64,000 nt of DNA from Bacteroidales bacterium (GTDB taxonomy: Bacteria; Bacteroidota; Bacteroidia; Bacteroidales; PUMT01): positions 8,191-72,190 of the forward strand of contig JAWODJ010000082.1 in NCBI GenBank assembly GCA_046483315.1, read 5' to 3'. The notes below the pieces were generated by a model. That model was given only the letters and a program-made list of their open reading frames with translations, made no database searches and had not been told where the DNA came from. How positions within the stretch are numbered: position 1 is the stretch's first letter; every line of letters begins with the position of its first letter. Positions 1-9,364 of the stretch are shown one piece after another. The position numbers were made by a program, and so were the translations under genes.

Positions 1-571
1 TTTTCCGTTCCTGCGTTTCCGCTACCAGGGCAACATCTTCTCTGGTGATCCTGACCAGTCCGTTTATTATATCGTCCACAGACAGCCCCTTTTCTTCCAT
101 AAGTTTTTTCGCCAGGGGTGATACTTTGACTTTATCCGGCGTCCCGGTTGGCATGGAAGAACTTTTATCCTTTTTCCCCTTTATTTCAGATGCGGGACTT
201 TGATCCTGCTTTTTACCTTTCCGGTTATCCTGCTGAACATGCTCTGAATGGAGGGCTGAATCTTCTTCCTGGAGAGATTCTCCGGATTTTTCTTCACCGG
301 GGGAAGTCTCTTCCGGCTTTCTCTCCGGCCCTTTTCCGCTAGTATCTATTGTGCATGCAACAGATCCCACCTCAATTGCTTTGCCGGTTTCGGCAATGAT
401 TTTTAAAGTGCCACTTTTTTCTGCCAGCAGAGGCAGGGTGGCTTTATCTGATTCTATCTCTGCAATTTCCTGGTCTTTTTCGACAAAATCGCCGTCATTA
501 ACAAGCCAGCTTGCAATTTCTACCTCCGTAATTGATTCTCCCGGCGAGGGAATTTTTACTTCAACGATCAT
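1..571 (-). CDS. sucB: 2-oxoglutarate dehydrogenase E2 (dihydrolipoamide succinyltransferase), 5' part; runs off the window start
   Basis: Not in the ORF track. Manual reverse translation from ATG at 571 gives MIVEVKIPSPGESITEVEIASWLVNDGDFVEKDQEIAEIESDKATL (lipoyl domain, DKA motif), then a charged linker and an E3-binding-like segment. Lies directly downstream of sucA. Confidence 0.9.
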   Translation of the reverse strand, partial: MIVEVKIPSPGESITEVEIASWLVNDGDFVEKDQEIAEIESDKATLPLLAEKSGTLKIIAETGKAIEVGSVACTIDTSGKGPERKPEETSPGEEKSGESLQEEDSALHSEHVQQDNRKGKKQDQSPASEIKGKKDKSSSMPTGTPDKVKVSPLAKKLMEEKGLSVDDIINGLVRITREDVALVAETQERK

Positions 572-700
572 TTTATGGAAATGGTTTTCATTGTTGTCTG
601 TTTTCTGTACTGTTTTATGGGATCGGCAAACTCATTATTATGCAAAATAATCATTTTTTTTCAGAAAGGGTTTATTCAGATAATTGGCCTGAAGTCCGGT

Positions 701-3490
701 TCAATGAGCCATCTCCCTGTTAAGTTCTCTGATGGAGAATCTTCCACACCTTTGTCCGCAATACTCCCTCTGTAGCTCGCAATCGCACTTTTTGAATACT
801 TTGTCAAGAATTTTGTTCAGTCTTCTCTTGTGCAGCTCCATCAGTCCGCTTGCAGGTGAACCACTGGCAGGCCTTGAAACCAGCAGCAGGTTAACATCTT
901 TGAAGACCCTCTGCAGATAGGACCATGCACCCATATTTTCAGGTTCATCCTGGGCCCACACATGACGCTCGGCCTTTTTGTACTTTTTAATTACCGATTG
1001 CATCTGTTCGTGGGGAAACGGATACAATTGCTCCAGACGGACGATAGCGGTATCATTAGCACCCAGTTCTTCACGCTTTTTAACCAGGTCATAGTAAAGC
1101 CTTCCGCTGGTTAATACAACCTGACGTACATCAACAGGATCTACCAGGTCGTCATCAATCAGCTCTCTGAACCTGCCGGCGGACAAATCTTCTATGCCGG
1201 ATATACAGGAAGGATGACGTAGCAGGCTTTTTGGAGTGAAGACAATAAGAGGAATTCTGAATGGTCTGTGCATCTGGCGCCGCAACACATGAAAAAAATT
1301 TGCCGGTGTGGTGCAGTTCACTACCTGCATATTATTATTTGCCGACAGCGACAGGAACCTTTCAATGCGTGCGCTCGAATGCTCGGGACCCTGTCCCTCG
1401 TAACCATGTGGCAACAACAGTACCAGTCCGTTCATCAGTCCCCATTTCTCTTCGGCCGAGCTGATAAACTGATCTATTATAACCTGGGCCACATTGTGGA
1501 AGTCGCCGAACTGAGCCTCCCAGATTGTTAATCCGCCAGGTAATGCAAGTGCATAGCCGTATTCAAATCCCATAACACCGTATTCTGACAGTGGGGAATT
1601 GTAAATATGGAATTTAGCCTGGCTGCCTGAGAGATGTTTAAGGGGGAAATATTTTTCATCTGAATTCTGAATAACGTATGCTGCATGACGGTGTGAGAAG
1701 GTTCCCCTTTCCGAATCCTGTCCGCTTACCCTGACAGGGAATCCCTCCGTAAGAAGGCTTCCGTATGCCAGGAGCTCTCCAAGTGCCCAGTCCAGCTTAT
1801 TATTTTTCACCTTTTCAGACCTGTCTGCCAGCAGTTTTCTGATCTTACTGAAGAAGGGCTTATCCCTGGGAAGGGTGTTGAGCTTTTTTGCAATATCGAG
1901 GAGTATCTTTTTATCTACCCCGGTTTCGGGGGAAACTTTAAAATCGTCAATACGGGAATACCTGTATTTGTTCCAGTCCTCTTTCAAAAACTGGTTAATC
2001 CTGACCATGCTGCCTTCCCTGGATTTATTTAGTTTTTCTTCCAGTATACCGTTAAAATCTTTCCTGGTCTCCGAAACCTCTTCCCTGGAAAAGATACCTT
2101 TGTCGATGAGTTTTTTACCGTATATTTCACTTGCATTGGGATGTTTGCTGATCTGCTTGTATAGAAGAGGCTGTGTAAACCTTGGTTCATCTCCCTCGTT
2201 ATGTCCGTACCTGCGGTACCCCAGTATATCGATAAATACATCTGTATGAAATTCCTGCCGGTATTCCATTGCCAGTCTGATTGTATAGATAAGAGCTTCC
2301 ACATCGTCACCATTTACATGGAATACGGGCGATTTTGTTACTTTGGCCACATCGGTGCAATAGGTGCTTGAGCGTGCATCGAGATAGTTGGTGGTAAATC
2401 CCACCTGGTTGTTTAAAACAAGATGGATCGTGCCCCCTGTTTTATAGCCGTTAAGCTGTGACATCTGGATCACTTCATACACAACTCCCTGTCCAGCTAT
2501 TGCGGCATCACCGTGTATAAGGATCGGGGCCAGCCTGTTATAGTTGCCCCCGTAATTGTGATCAATCTTGGCCCTGGCAATGCCAAGTGCGACAGGATCG
2601 GCAGCCTCAAGGTGTGAAGGGTTGGGAACCAGGTTCAGCCTGACTCTTTTTCCCTTGTCTGTTTTAATTATGTTGTTATGTCCCAGATGATATTTGACAT
2701 CTCCAAGTGCAATTTCATCGTTGTATTGTTTACCGTTAAATTCATCAAATATATCCTGGTAGGATTTCTGCATTATATTGGCCAGGACATTAAGCCTTCC
2801 CCGGTGGGCCATACCTATAACAAACTCTTCGATGCCAAGGTCGGAACCTCTTTCAATGACTGAATCCAGTGCGGGAATAAGTGTTTCCGTACCTTCAAGG
2901 GAGAATCGTTTTTGCCCTATGAACTTACGGTGAATAAACTGTTCAAAACCGACTGCCAGATGAAGATGGTGATAGATATGTTTTTTTTCCTCAACCGTGA
3001 AATCAGGGGTGTTTTTTACAGACTCCATTTTTTCAGTAAGCCAGCTAACCACCTCCGGAACCCTGATAAAAAGAAATTCCACACCGACGGACTGGCAATA
3101 GGTTTGATGCAGGTGAGCCTTGATATCGCGAAGTTTTGCCGGTCCTATACCTATTTTTTTACCTGCCTGAAAAACGGTTTCCATATCTTCCTCCGAAAGA
3201 CCGAAGTTTTCAATTTCAAGGGTAGGAGTGTATTGCCTCCTGGTGCGAACGGGATTGGTTTTTGTAAACAGATGTCCCCGGAGTCTGTATCCTTCTATAA
3301 GGGATATTACCTTGAATTCTTTGTCAAAAGTATCGTCACAAGGTTGATTGTTGTATTTCCCTGCAAATTCAAAACCTTCAAAGAACTTTCTCCAGCTTGC
3401 TTCCACGGAATCAGGGTCCGTAAGATATTTTTCGTAAAGAGATTCAACATATGCTGAATCTGCACTGCCAAGATAGGAATGTTTATCCAT
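701..3490 (-). CDS. sucA: 2-oxoglutarate dehydrogenase E1 component
   Basis: Motifs KRFSLEG, GMAHRGRLNVL, GDVKYHLG, NPSHLE, HGDAA..GQG, GQDSERGTFSHRH, WEAQFGDF, GQGPEHSSAR. Confidence 0.97.
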   Translation of the reverse strand: MDKHSYLGSADSAYVESLYEKYLTDPDSVEASWRKFFEGFEFAGKYNNQPCDDTFDKEFKVISLIEGYRLRGHLFTKTNPVRTRRQYTPTLEIENFGLSEEDMETVFQAGKKIGIGPAKLRDIKAHLHQTYCQSVGVEFLFIRVPEVVSWLTEKMESVKNTPDFTVEEKKHIYHHLHLAVGFEQFIHRKFIGQKRFSLEGTETLIPALDSVIERGSDLGIEEFVIGMAHRGRLNVLANIMQKSYQDIFDEFNGKQYNDEIALGDVKYHLGHNNIIKTDKGKRVRLNLVPNPSHLEAADPVALGIARAKIDHNYGGNYNRLAPILIHGDAAIAGQGVVYEVIQMSQLNGYKTGGTIHLVLNNQVGFTTNYLDARSSTYCTDVAKVTKSPVFHVNGDDVEALIYTIRLAMEYRQEFHTDVFIDILGYRRYGHNEGDEPRFTQPLLYKQISKHPNASEIYGKKLIDKGIFSREEVSETRKDFNGILEEKLNKSREGSMVRINQFLKEDWNKYRYSRIDDFKVSPETGVDKKILLDIAKKLNTLPRDKPFFSKIRKLLADRSEKVKNNKLDWALGELLAYGSLLTEGFPVRVSGQDSERGTFSHRHAAYVIQNSDEKYFPLKHLSGSQAKFHIYNSPLSEYGVMGFEYGYALALPGGLTIWEAQFGDFHNVAQVIIDQFISSAEEKWGLMNGLVLLLPHGYEGQGPEHSSARIERFLSLSANNNMQVVNCTTPANFFHVLRRQMHRPFRIPLIVFTPKSLLRHPSCISGIEDLSAGRFRELIDDDLVDPVDVRQVVLTSGRLYYDLVKKREELGANDTAIVRLEQLYPFPHEQMQSVIKKYKKAERHVWAQDEPENMGAWSYLQRVFKDVNLLLVSRPASGSPASGLMELHKRRLNKILDKVFKKCDCELQREYCGQRCGRFSIRELNREMAH

Positions 3491-3509
3491 TGATCTGTCG
3501 GTTAGCTTT

Positions 3510-4931
3510 TTACTTTTGACCTTGTTTTACGGTATATCCGAATATTTTATTCTCTTTTATGTATGAAGCGGCAAATTCAGGAACAAGTTCTTCCCATCCC
3601 TTTACATTATTCTGTATCATTTCAAGGGTCTTTCCGGAATCTATATGCAGCCATTTCTTCTCGGCCGATCTGACATCTATAATTTTTTTATTTTCACACA
3701 GGTATTTGTAAAGATGCTGCAGGTCCGCCGGAAGCCTTATGTCTTTAGATGTAAACAGTTTTCCGTCGTTTTTGTTGAGAGAAGGATAGACGTAAAGTTT
3801 CATGTTTTCTGTGAACAGTTTGCCAAATGCCTCAAGAATTCCTCCTTTTAGGCTGGTGTAGTATTTTTTGTCCCATACATTTATGAAGGTGGGAATGCCT
3901 ATAACGATCCTTAGTTTACCAAGTCTGAAATTGGAGAAGTACCCGACCAGCTTATAATACTCCCTGAAATTGGAGATCATTACATTTTGCCCCAGCCCGT
4001 TCAGCAGGTTCACTCTTTCGAGGAAATCGGTTTCGTCAAAGATCCCTTTATGCATCAGGTTATTAAGGGTTATTTCGCAAAGAGCAAGGGTGTTTTCCTC
4101 ACTGTAATCCTCATCTTTTTTAAATATCCCGTAACATTTCTGAAGCATGTCATATCCGACATTTGTAATGGGTCTGAAACTTCCCCTGAATGCAAGCAGG
4201 TTCTTCTTGTACAGCATATCAGATGGCTGTTGTACATTTCCCTTGCTATCGAAAATGGTGGCACTGGTCATACCGTTTTTTACCAGTTGAACACCCAGCA
4301 GACGATTATCAACATAATCAAGGTCCCTGCCACCCATTCTTACCATATTTATCTCCACCCGGTCGGTGTCAAGGTTATCCATAAGCGACTGCAGGAATAT
4401 GTTGGGCCGGTCAGCATAATGGTAACAGGCATAAATGAGATTGACGCCAAGTGAGCCGAGAGTGTATTGCTGCAATAATGTGTCATTTTCCAGCAGGCTT
4501 ACATGCACCACCACTTCGCTGGGTTCGGAACCCGGATGAAGCTGGAAGCGAACCCCCAGCCAGCCATGGGCTTCATTATCCTTTGCATAATTCAGGGTTA
4601 CAACAGTATCGGCAAAAACAAAAAAGCGGGCACCTGATCTGGCTTTGGACTGAAGAGTGCTTATCAGATCCTTATATTCGATACCGAGCATTTTGTTAAG
4701 CCTGTTTTCAGAGACATACCGGCCGCTTTTCTTGTTATTGTACAGGTAGTCACTGAATGTTTTATCGTAGGCAGAGATAGATTTTGCCACTGTGCCGGAT
4801 GCACCGCCTGCCTGAAAAAAGGCACGCGCAACTTCCTGTCCTCCCCCTATCTCGGCAATTGTTCCATATATGGTGGGGTCAAGATTAAGTGCCAGTGCCT
4901 TGTTTTTTATTGTTAGAATCTGGCGTTCCAT
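3510..4931 (-). CDS. Conserved Bacteroidota protein with a CinA-like N-terminal region and a nucleotidyltransferase (NadD/NMNAT)-like C-terminal region
   Basis: 473-aa ORF. EIGGGQEVAR..GGASGTVAKSISAYD at the N-terminus; RGSFRPIT resembles the GxFxPxH motif of cytidylyltransferase-like folds. No signal peptide. Confidence 0.6.
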   Translation of the reverse strand: MERQILTIKNKALALNLDPTIYGTIAEIGGGQEVARAFFQAGGASGTVAKSISAYDKTFSDYLYNNKKSGRYVSENRLNKMLGIEYKDLISTLQSKARSGARFFVFADTVVTLNYAKDNEAHGWLGVRFQLHPGSEPSEVVVHVSLLENDTLLQQYTLGSLGVNLIYACYHYADRPNIFLQSLMDNLDTDRVEINMVRMGGRDLDYVDNRLLGVQLVKNGMTSATIFDSKGNVQQPSDMLYKKNLLAFRGSFRPITNVGYDMLQKCYGIFKKDEDYSEENTLALCEITLNNLMHKGIFDETDFLERVNLLNGLGQNVMISNFREYYKLVGYFSNFRLGKLRIVIGIPTFINVWDKKYYTSLKGGILEAFGKLFTENMKLYVYPSLNKNDGKLFTSKDIRLPADLQHLYKYLCENKKIIDVRSAEKKWLHIDSGKTLEMIQNNVKGWEELVPEFAASYIKENKIFGYTVKQGQK

Positions 4932-4962
4932 CTTTTATTTATTTGTGAATATGTCTGATGCA

Positions 4963-4970
4963 CAAATTTA
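4963..4970 (-). promoter_or_regulatory. Bacteroidota sigma-70 -7 element (TAAATTTG) for the ORF3510-sucA-sucB operon
   Basis: Exact TAnnTTTG consensus on the minus strand, about 30 nt upstream of the ATG at 4931. Confidence 0.55.
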
Positions 4971-5081
4971 ATCAAAGAAATTAAAGCCATAATATAATTC
5001 AGGTAATTAAATTCCGGAATTATGATTATTTATTTAAAAATCAAATTATGAACAGATCGTAAATAAAAGGTTTCAGTTTAT

Positions 5082-5089
5082 TACTTTTG
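5082..5089 (+). promoter_or_regulatory. Bacteroidota -7 element (TACTTTTG) for the MFS gene
   Basis: Exact TAnnTTTG about 40 nt upstream of the ATG at 5131. Confidence 0.55.
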
Positions 5090-5130
5090 CATCCTCGGGA
5101 AGGACCGGGCAGATAATATTATTATCATTT

Positions 5131-6483
5131 ATGACACGGCATACAGTTGATTCATATTATGGGCGGTTTAAAAATATTCCGTTTTCACCCGCAAAACTGC
5201 CGTTTTTCTATGGGTGGGTTATAATTTTTTCCGGTATTATCGGTGCATTAATGAGCATTCCCGGTCAAACTATCGGTGTTTCTGTTTTTACCGATCATCT
5301 TATAGGTGCCCTTGATATCAGCAGAGTCAATCTTAGTACTTCCTATATGGCCGGCACAATAATCAGCGGTTTTTGTATTCCCTGTGCAGGAAGATTGTAT
5401 GACAGATACGGTGTAAGACCGGTAGCCATGGTATCGGGGTTTTTACTCGGACTGACTCTTGTTTATCTTTCGGGTATATCAGGTATTGTTAAAATGGTTT
5501 CAGGTTTGATTTCATTTGTGGAGCTGCCTGTAATAATTTTTATATTGATGACCCTGGGATTTTTTCTGCTCCGGTTTTTCGGACAGGGTGTTCTGACCAT
5601 GGTATCAAGAAATATGGTAATGAAATGGTTTGATAGACGAAGGGGTTTTGCAAACGCTATCCTGGGAATAACCATCTCCTTCGGGTTCTCTTATTCACCG
5701 CAGGTGCTTGATATGCTTATCAGGGCCTGGACATGGGAGGGGGCATGGAAGACTCTCGGAATAATTTCCGGTGCAGGTTTTGTGCTCTTTGCATTCATCT
5801 TCTTCAGGGATAATCCCGCCTTGTTCGGCTTAAAACCCGACGGCAAAAAAGTTGGCAGGGATAAAAGGGATGATAACAATATTCCCGTTCTTAAAGATTA
5901 CACGCTGAAGGAAGCAAGAGCAACATATTCTTTCTGGGTATTCAATCTTTCTCTTGCACTTCAGGCACTATATATTACTGCATTCACATTCCACGTTATC
6001 TCGGTTTTTAATATTAACGGATATAATGACCGGGCTGCGATAACCATATTTTTGCCTGCATCCGTTGTAGCTGTTTCCTTTCACTTTTTCGGAAGCTGGC
6101 TGAGCGATTATTTGAGGCTTAAGTATTTCCTGTTATTGCAGGTTACAGGAATGCTCATCAGTATGTCTTCATTACTTTTTCTTGATCTTTCACCTTTTTT
6201 CAGATGGGTTCTTATTGCCGGCAACGGTATTATGAATGGTATGTTCGGGGTACTGTCAGCCGTTACATGGCCCCGTTTTTTCGGAGTGAAACATCTTGGT
6301 GCAATTTCCGGATATGCAATGGGCTGGATGGTAGTGGGCAGTGCTGTAGGGCCATTTTTATTCAGTCTGTCTCACCGCCTCACCGGGCATTATGATCATG
6401 CCGTATTGGTATGTATGGTAAGTGCATTTATTCTTTTTATTCTGGGTATCAAGGCTGACGATACAGACCGGCCCCGGGTATGA
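5131..6483 (+). CDS. MFS transporter
   Basis: About 12 hydrophobic segments; motif-A-like GRLYDRYGVR; KWFDRRRGFA and FGVKHLGAISG. Confidence 0.88.
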   Translation: MTRHTVDSYYGRFKNIPFSPAKLPFFYGWVIIFSGIIGALMSIPGQTIGVSVFTDHLIGALDISRVNLSTSYMAGTIISGFCIPCAGRLYDRYGVRPVAMVSGFLLGLTLVYLSGISGIVKMVSGLISFVELPVIIFILMTLGFFLLRFFGQGVLTMVSRNMVMKWFDRRRGFANAILGITISFGFSYSPQVLDMLIRAWTWEGAWKTLGIISGAGFVLFAFIFFRDNPALFGLKPDGKKVGRDKRDDNNIPVLKDYTLKEARATYSFWVFNLSLALQALYITAFTFHVISVFNINGYNDRAAITIFLPASVVAVSFHFFGSWLSDYLRLKYFLLLQVTGMLISMSSLLFLDLSPFFRWVLIAGNGIMNGMFGVLSAVTWPRFFGVKHLGAISGYAMGWMVVGSAVGPFLFSLSHRLTGHYDHAVLVCMVSAFILFILGIKADDTDRPRV

Positions 6484-6605
6484 TCATATGATATTTTCTT
6501 TTTTCAGGTAACTTTTTTACTACAGAATAGTAATATGGGGGCAGATTTTTTATATTTTTATTCTGTTAATCAAAACCGTTATCAACCATATTAAAATCTG
6601 TTTTT

Positions 6606-6791
6606 ATGGCAAAGGATATCCATAATTCCGGTCCGGCAAATGCCGTTTATGGTCTCGGACTGATAGGGGCAGCAGTTTTTTATATCGGTCAGGCCGCCTC
6701 TTTCTGGGCAGGAGTGCTTGGCTTTCTGAAAGCTCTGGTATGGCCCGCTTTTCTGGTATATGAACTTCTTAAATACCTTGCCGGGGCATAA
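6606..6791 (+). CDS. Small membrane protein (61 aa)
   Basis: ATG after an AT-rich leader; two hydrophobic Gly/Ala-rich helices (VYGLGLIGAAVFYI, FWAGVLGFLKALVWPAFLVY). Confidence 0.7.
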   Translation: MAKDIHNSGPANAVYGLGLIGAAVFYIGQAASFWAGVLGFLKALVWPAFLVYELLKYLAGA

Positions 6792-6833
6792 ATGATCCGG
6801 TAACCGTCATCGGGGAGGCATTTAAACCTGCTG

Positions 6834-7925
6834 TTAATTATATCTGTAGGCTGCCCTTTCCATATCTCCGAGGTTACGGAACCTTGCAGGAGGGTCAAGG
6901 TATTTTTCAAGAAACCTGTATATCCTGAAACGTATCTCCCTGCCCTTTGCATGGTCCATGCGATCAAACGAATGACCGCCGGGTATGGCCTGAAAGATTT
7001 CGTATTCAAATTCTTTATCCTCTGCTTTTAGTGCCTTTATCATGTTTTGCACTTCCAGTACATTTACATCTTCATCAATTGTATTTGTATGGATCAGTAA
7101 CGGGGTTTTGAGTTTATGGGCATGATACACCGGTGAGCGGCGCTGGTATTCTTCAATATTTTCATGAACTTTTTCACCTATGTGGTAATCAGCCGAATAG
7201 TAGTCTTCATATGCCGGCCGTTTATATCCCATCCTGGCAATAAGGTCACTTACAGGCACCCCTGAAAAGGCGCATGCATAATCATCAGGATTTTCGAATA
7301 TATTCATAAGCGCGATCATACCTCCATGGCTCCAGCCGACTATCCCAACCCTGTTTTTATCAATGATACTGTAATTTTCAATCATGTATTCCCTGCTAAT
7401 ATTAACATCAGCATTCTCCAGTCCGCCATAATCAATAAGCTCATAGGTACCCCTTCCATATCCTGTGCTGCCCCTGTACTCGGGAGCAACCACTATATAC
7501 TGCTGTGCCATCAGTTCACGGACGATATGGGTGTAATAGGTGTTGAAATCACCATGTACGCCTCCGTGGGGAAGCACTATCAGGGGATACGTGCCTGAAG
7601 GGTCAATTCCTTTCGGAATGAACACATAGGACCAGAATTTCACAGGGTTTTTACCCGAAAGGGTGGTCGCCTTTTCAGCGCCAACCGGCGGGGCGCCTGC
7701 CAGGAAAACCTTGTCAATATGTGCAAGGTCACCTGCTCTTTCAAACCATAAAACATCGTCAATCTTTTTTTCGAGGATATCCAGTCTGTGTCTCTGGTTA
7801 TAAAAATAGTTGTCTATATTCTGAAGGATCTCATTTTTTGCAGGTTCCTGTGCAACCATGCTCAGCACTGCAAGGGTCTGGAAGATGAGGAGGGTCGATT
7901 TCCGTAAAAACGCTTTCAGTTCCAT
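6834..7925 (-). CDS. Secreted S9-family (prolyl oligopeptidase/acylaminoacyl peptidase-like) serine hydrolase
   Basis: Signal peptide, PHGG, YRGSTGYG, nucleophile GWSHGG, D..V and GGHSF triad motifs. Confidence 0.88.
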   Translation of the reverse strand: MELKAFLRKSTLLIFQTLAVLSMVAQEPAKNEILQNIDNYFYNQRHRLDILEKKIDDVLWFERAGDLAHIDKVFLAGAPPVGAEKATTLSGKNPVKFWSYVFIPKGIDPSGTYPLIVLPHGGVHGDFNTYYTHIVRELMAQQYIVVAPEYRGSTGYGRGTYELIDYGGLENADVNISREYMIENYSIIDKNRVGIVGWSHGGMIALMNIFENPDDYACAFSGVPVSDLIARMGYKRPAYEDYYSADYHIGEKVHENIEEYQRRSPVYHAHKLKTPLLIHTNTIDEDVNVLEVQNMIKALKAEDKEFEYEIFQAIPGGHSFDRMDHAKGREIRFRIYRFLEKYLDPPARFRNLGDMERAAYRYN

Positions 7926-8046
7926 ATTGATAAACTTGGTTAATTATTTGATTATAAAAAATTGATCTTCATAATGACAGTTATAATCCGTCGGTTCAAA
8001 GGGATATTTTACACATGTTTTTCATGCGGCACAGTACTACGGGAAG

Positions 8047-9126
8047 TCATTTTAAGACTTCAAAATAAAGATCTTTCATAACCTCTATTTTTTCCGGATC
8101 CTGAAGAAGTGACTGATCTGAAAACATCATTATACCGGTCGAGGGTGGCTTTGAGCCTTCCAGCATTACCTGCCTGAACTCTTCAGGTGTTACAATTTCC
8201 GGATTATTATGTGCCTGAACTATGGGCCATATAAGCGGTTTGCCTGTTTGGCCTGCTCCTGTCAGTTTATCCAGCCAATTGATATATTCTCCAACCCATT
8301 CAGGTTTTCTACCTTTCATCTTGTGAAAAAGCATAGGAGACAGAACATCGGCCATTTCAGCCAGATCATTGACATCAATTCCCAGTGTACGGTAAAGGGC
8401 CGAATCATGGTCATCCGGATACCAGGAGCAGTAATACACTCCAAGTAATGCATCCTGCCTCATATCCCTGACTATATCTCCCATATCCTTTACCCAGCCG
8501 TTTAATATTCCTTTCCTCCATCTTCTCCATTCTGTATCAGCATTGGTCAGGATCCATCCAGCTTTACCAGGAATATCGTCATGATTCAGTCTTAGTCCTG
8601 CACTCTTTTCGAACATATCAGTACATCTTTCGCAAAAGCATGTTTCGGGAAGGATCGGGTCAGGTGTTTCAAATTGTGCATGCCAGTGGAGGTAATCCAG
8701 AAAAATACCATCCACATCAAACTCAGAAAGGATATCCCTGAGTTGCCCGGACCTGTATTCTTTAAATCCCGGATCAGTGGGGCAAATTCCCATAAACCAG
8801 TCCGCCGGGGGCGACAGTTCACCTTTTTCGTTTACAGGCCAGGCTTCCGGATTATCCTGAAGATAAATTCTTCCCAGCAGTGTGGGAAATTCCACAAAAA
8901 CCATGCATCCCTGCTCTCTGGCTTTATCGTAGAACTCCCGGTTTAATGATATGCTTCTTATAAAGACTGCATTCATTCCGAGTGAATCAAAGGAATGTCC
9001 GGCTTCAAGCAAAGTTCCGGGATTTCCATACACTCCTTTAATAAATGGCAAAGCAGCGTTTTCTTCTGCAGCCGGAGTGCAGGAGAGTAAAGCCGCAGCA
9101 AAAAGCGGGATAAATATATTCTTCAT
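8047..9126 (-). CDS. Lipoprotein, putative TIM-barrel glycoside hydrolase (GHL10/DUF187-like)
   Basis: Lipobox LLSC; ICPTDP, DVDGIFLDY, CFCERC, DVLSPMLFH. Confidence 0.65.
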   Translation of the reverse strand: MKNIFIPLFAAALLSCTPAAEENAALPFIKGVYGNPGTLLEAGHSFDSLGMNAVFIRSISLNREFYDKAREQGCMVFVEFPTLLGRIYLQDNPEAWPVNEKGELSPPADWFMGICPTDPGFKEYRSGQLRDILSEFDVDGIFLDYLHWHAQFETPDPILPETCFCERCTDMFEKSAGLRLNHDDIPGKAGWILTNADTEWRRWRKGILNGWVKDMGDIVRDMRQDALLGVYYCSWYPDDHDSALYRTLGIDVNDLAEMADVLSPMLFHKMKGRKPEWVGEYINWLDKLTGAGQTGKPLIWPIVQAHNNPEIVTPEEFRQVMLEGSKPPSTGIMMFSDQSLLQDPEKIEVMKDLYFEVLK

Positions 9127-9364
9127 TCAGTAATCATTAAATTTAATACAACTGGCCTGATAAACCTTACCATAACGTTATTTTTGAAGACATATTTTGA
9201 CAATAAATGACACATAACAAAATCATGGCAGATAGCTGCAAGTTACCATTTAGGGACAGGAAAAACAACCGATTTCGGCCGGAATACTTTTAATTTCCGT
9301 GAACAATGTCATCATGAAAAATGTTTAGTTTGTTTATCAACATACATATTAATTTCTTTTAATC

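Noticed and set aside
3510-4931. TonB-dependent receptor (a label I recall being attached to this family)
   Set aside because: No signal peptide, plug or beta-barrel pattern; it looks like a soluble alpha/beta protein.
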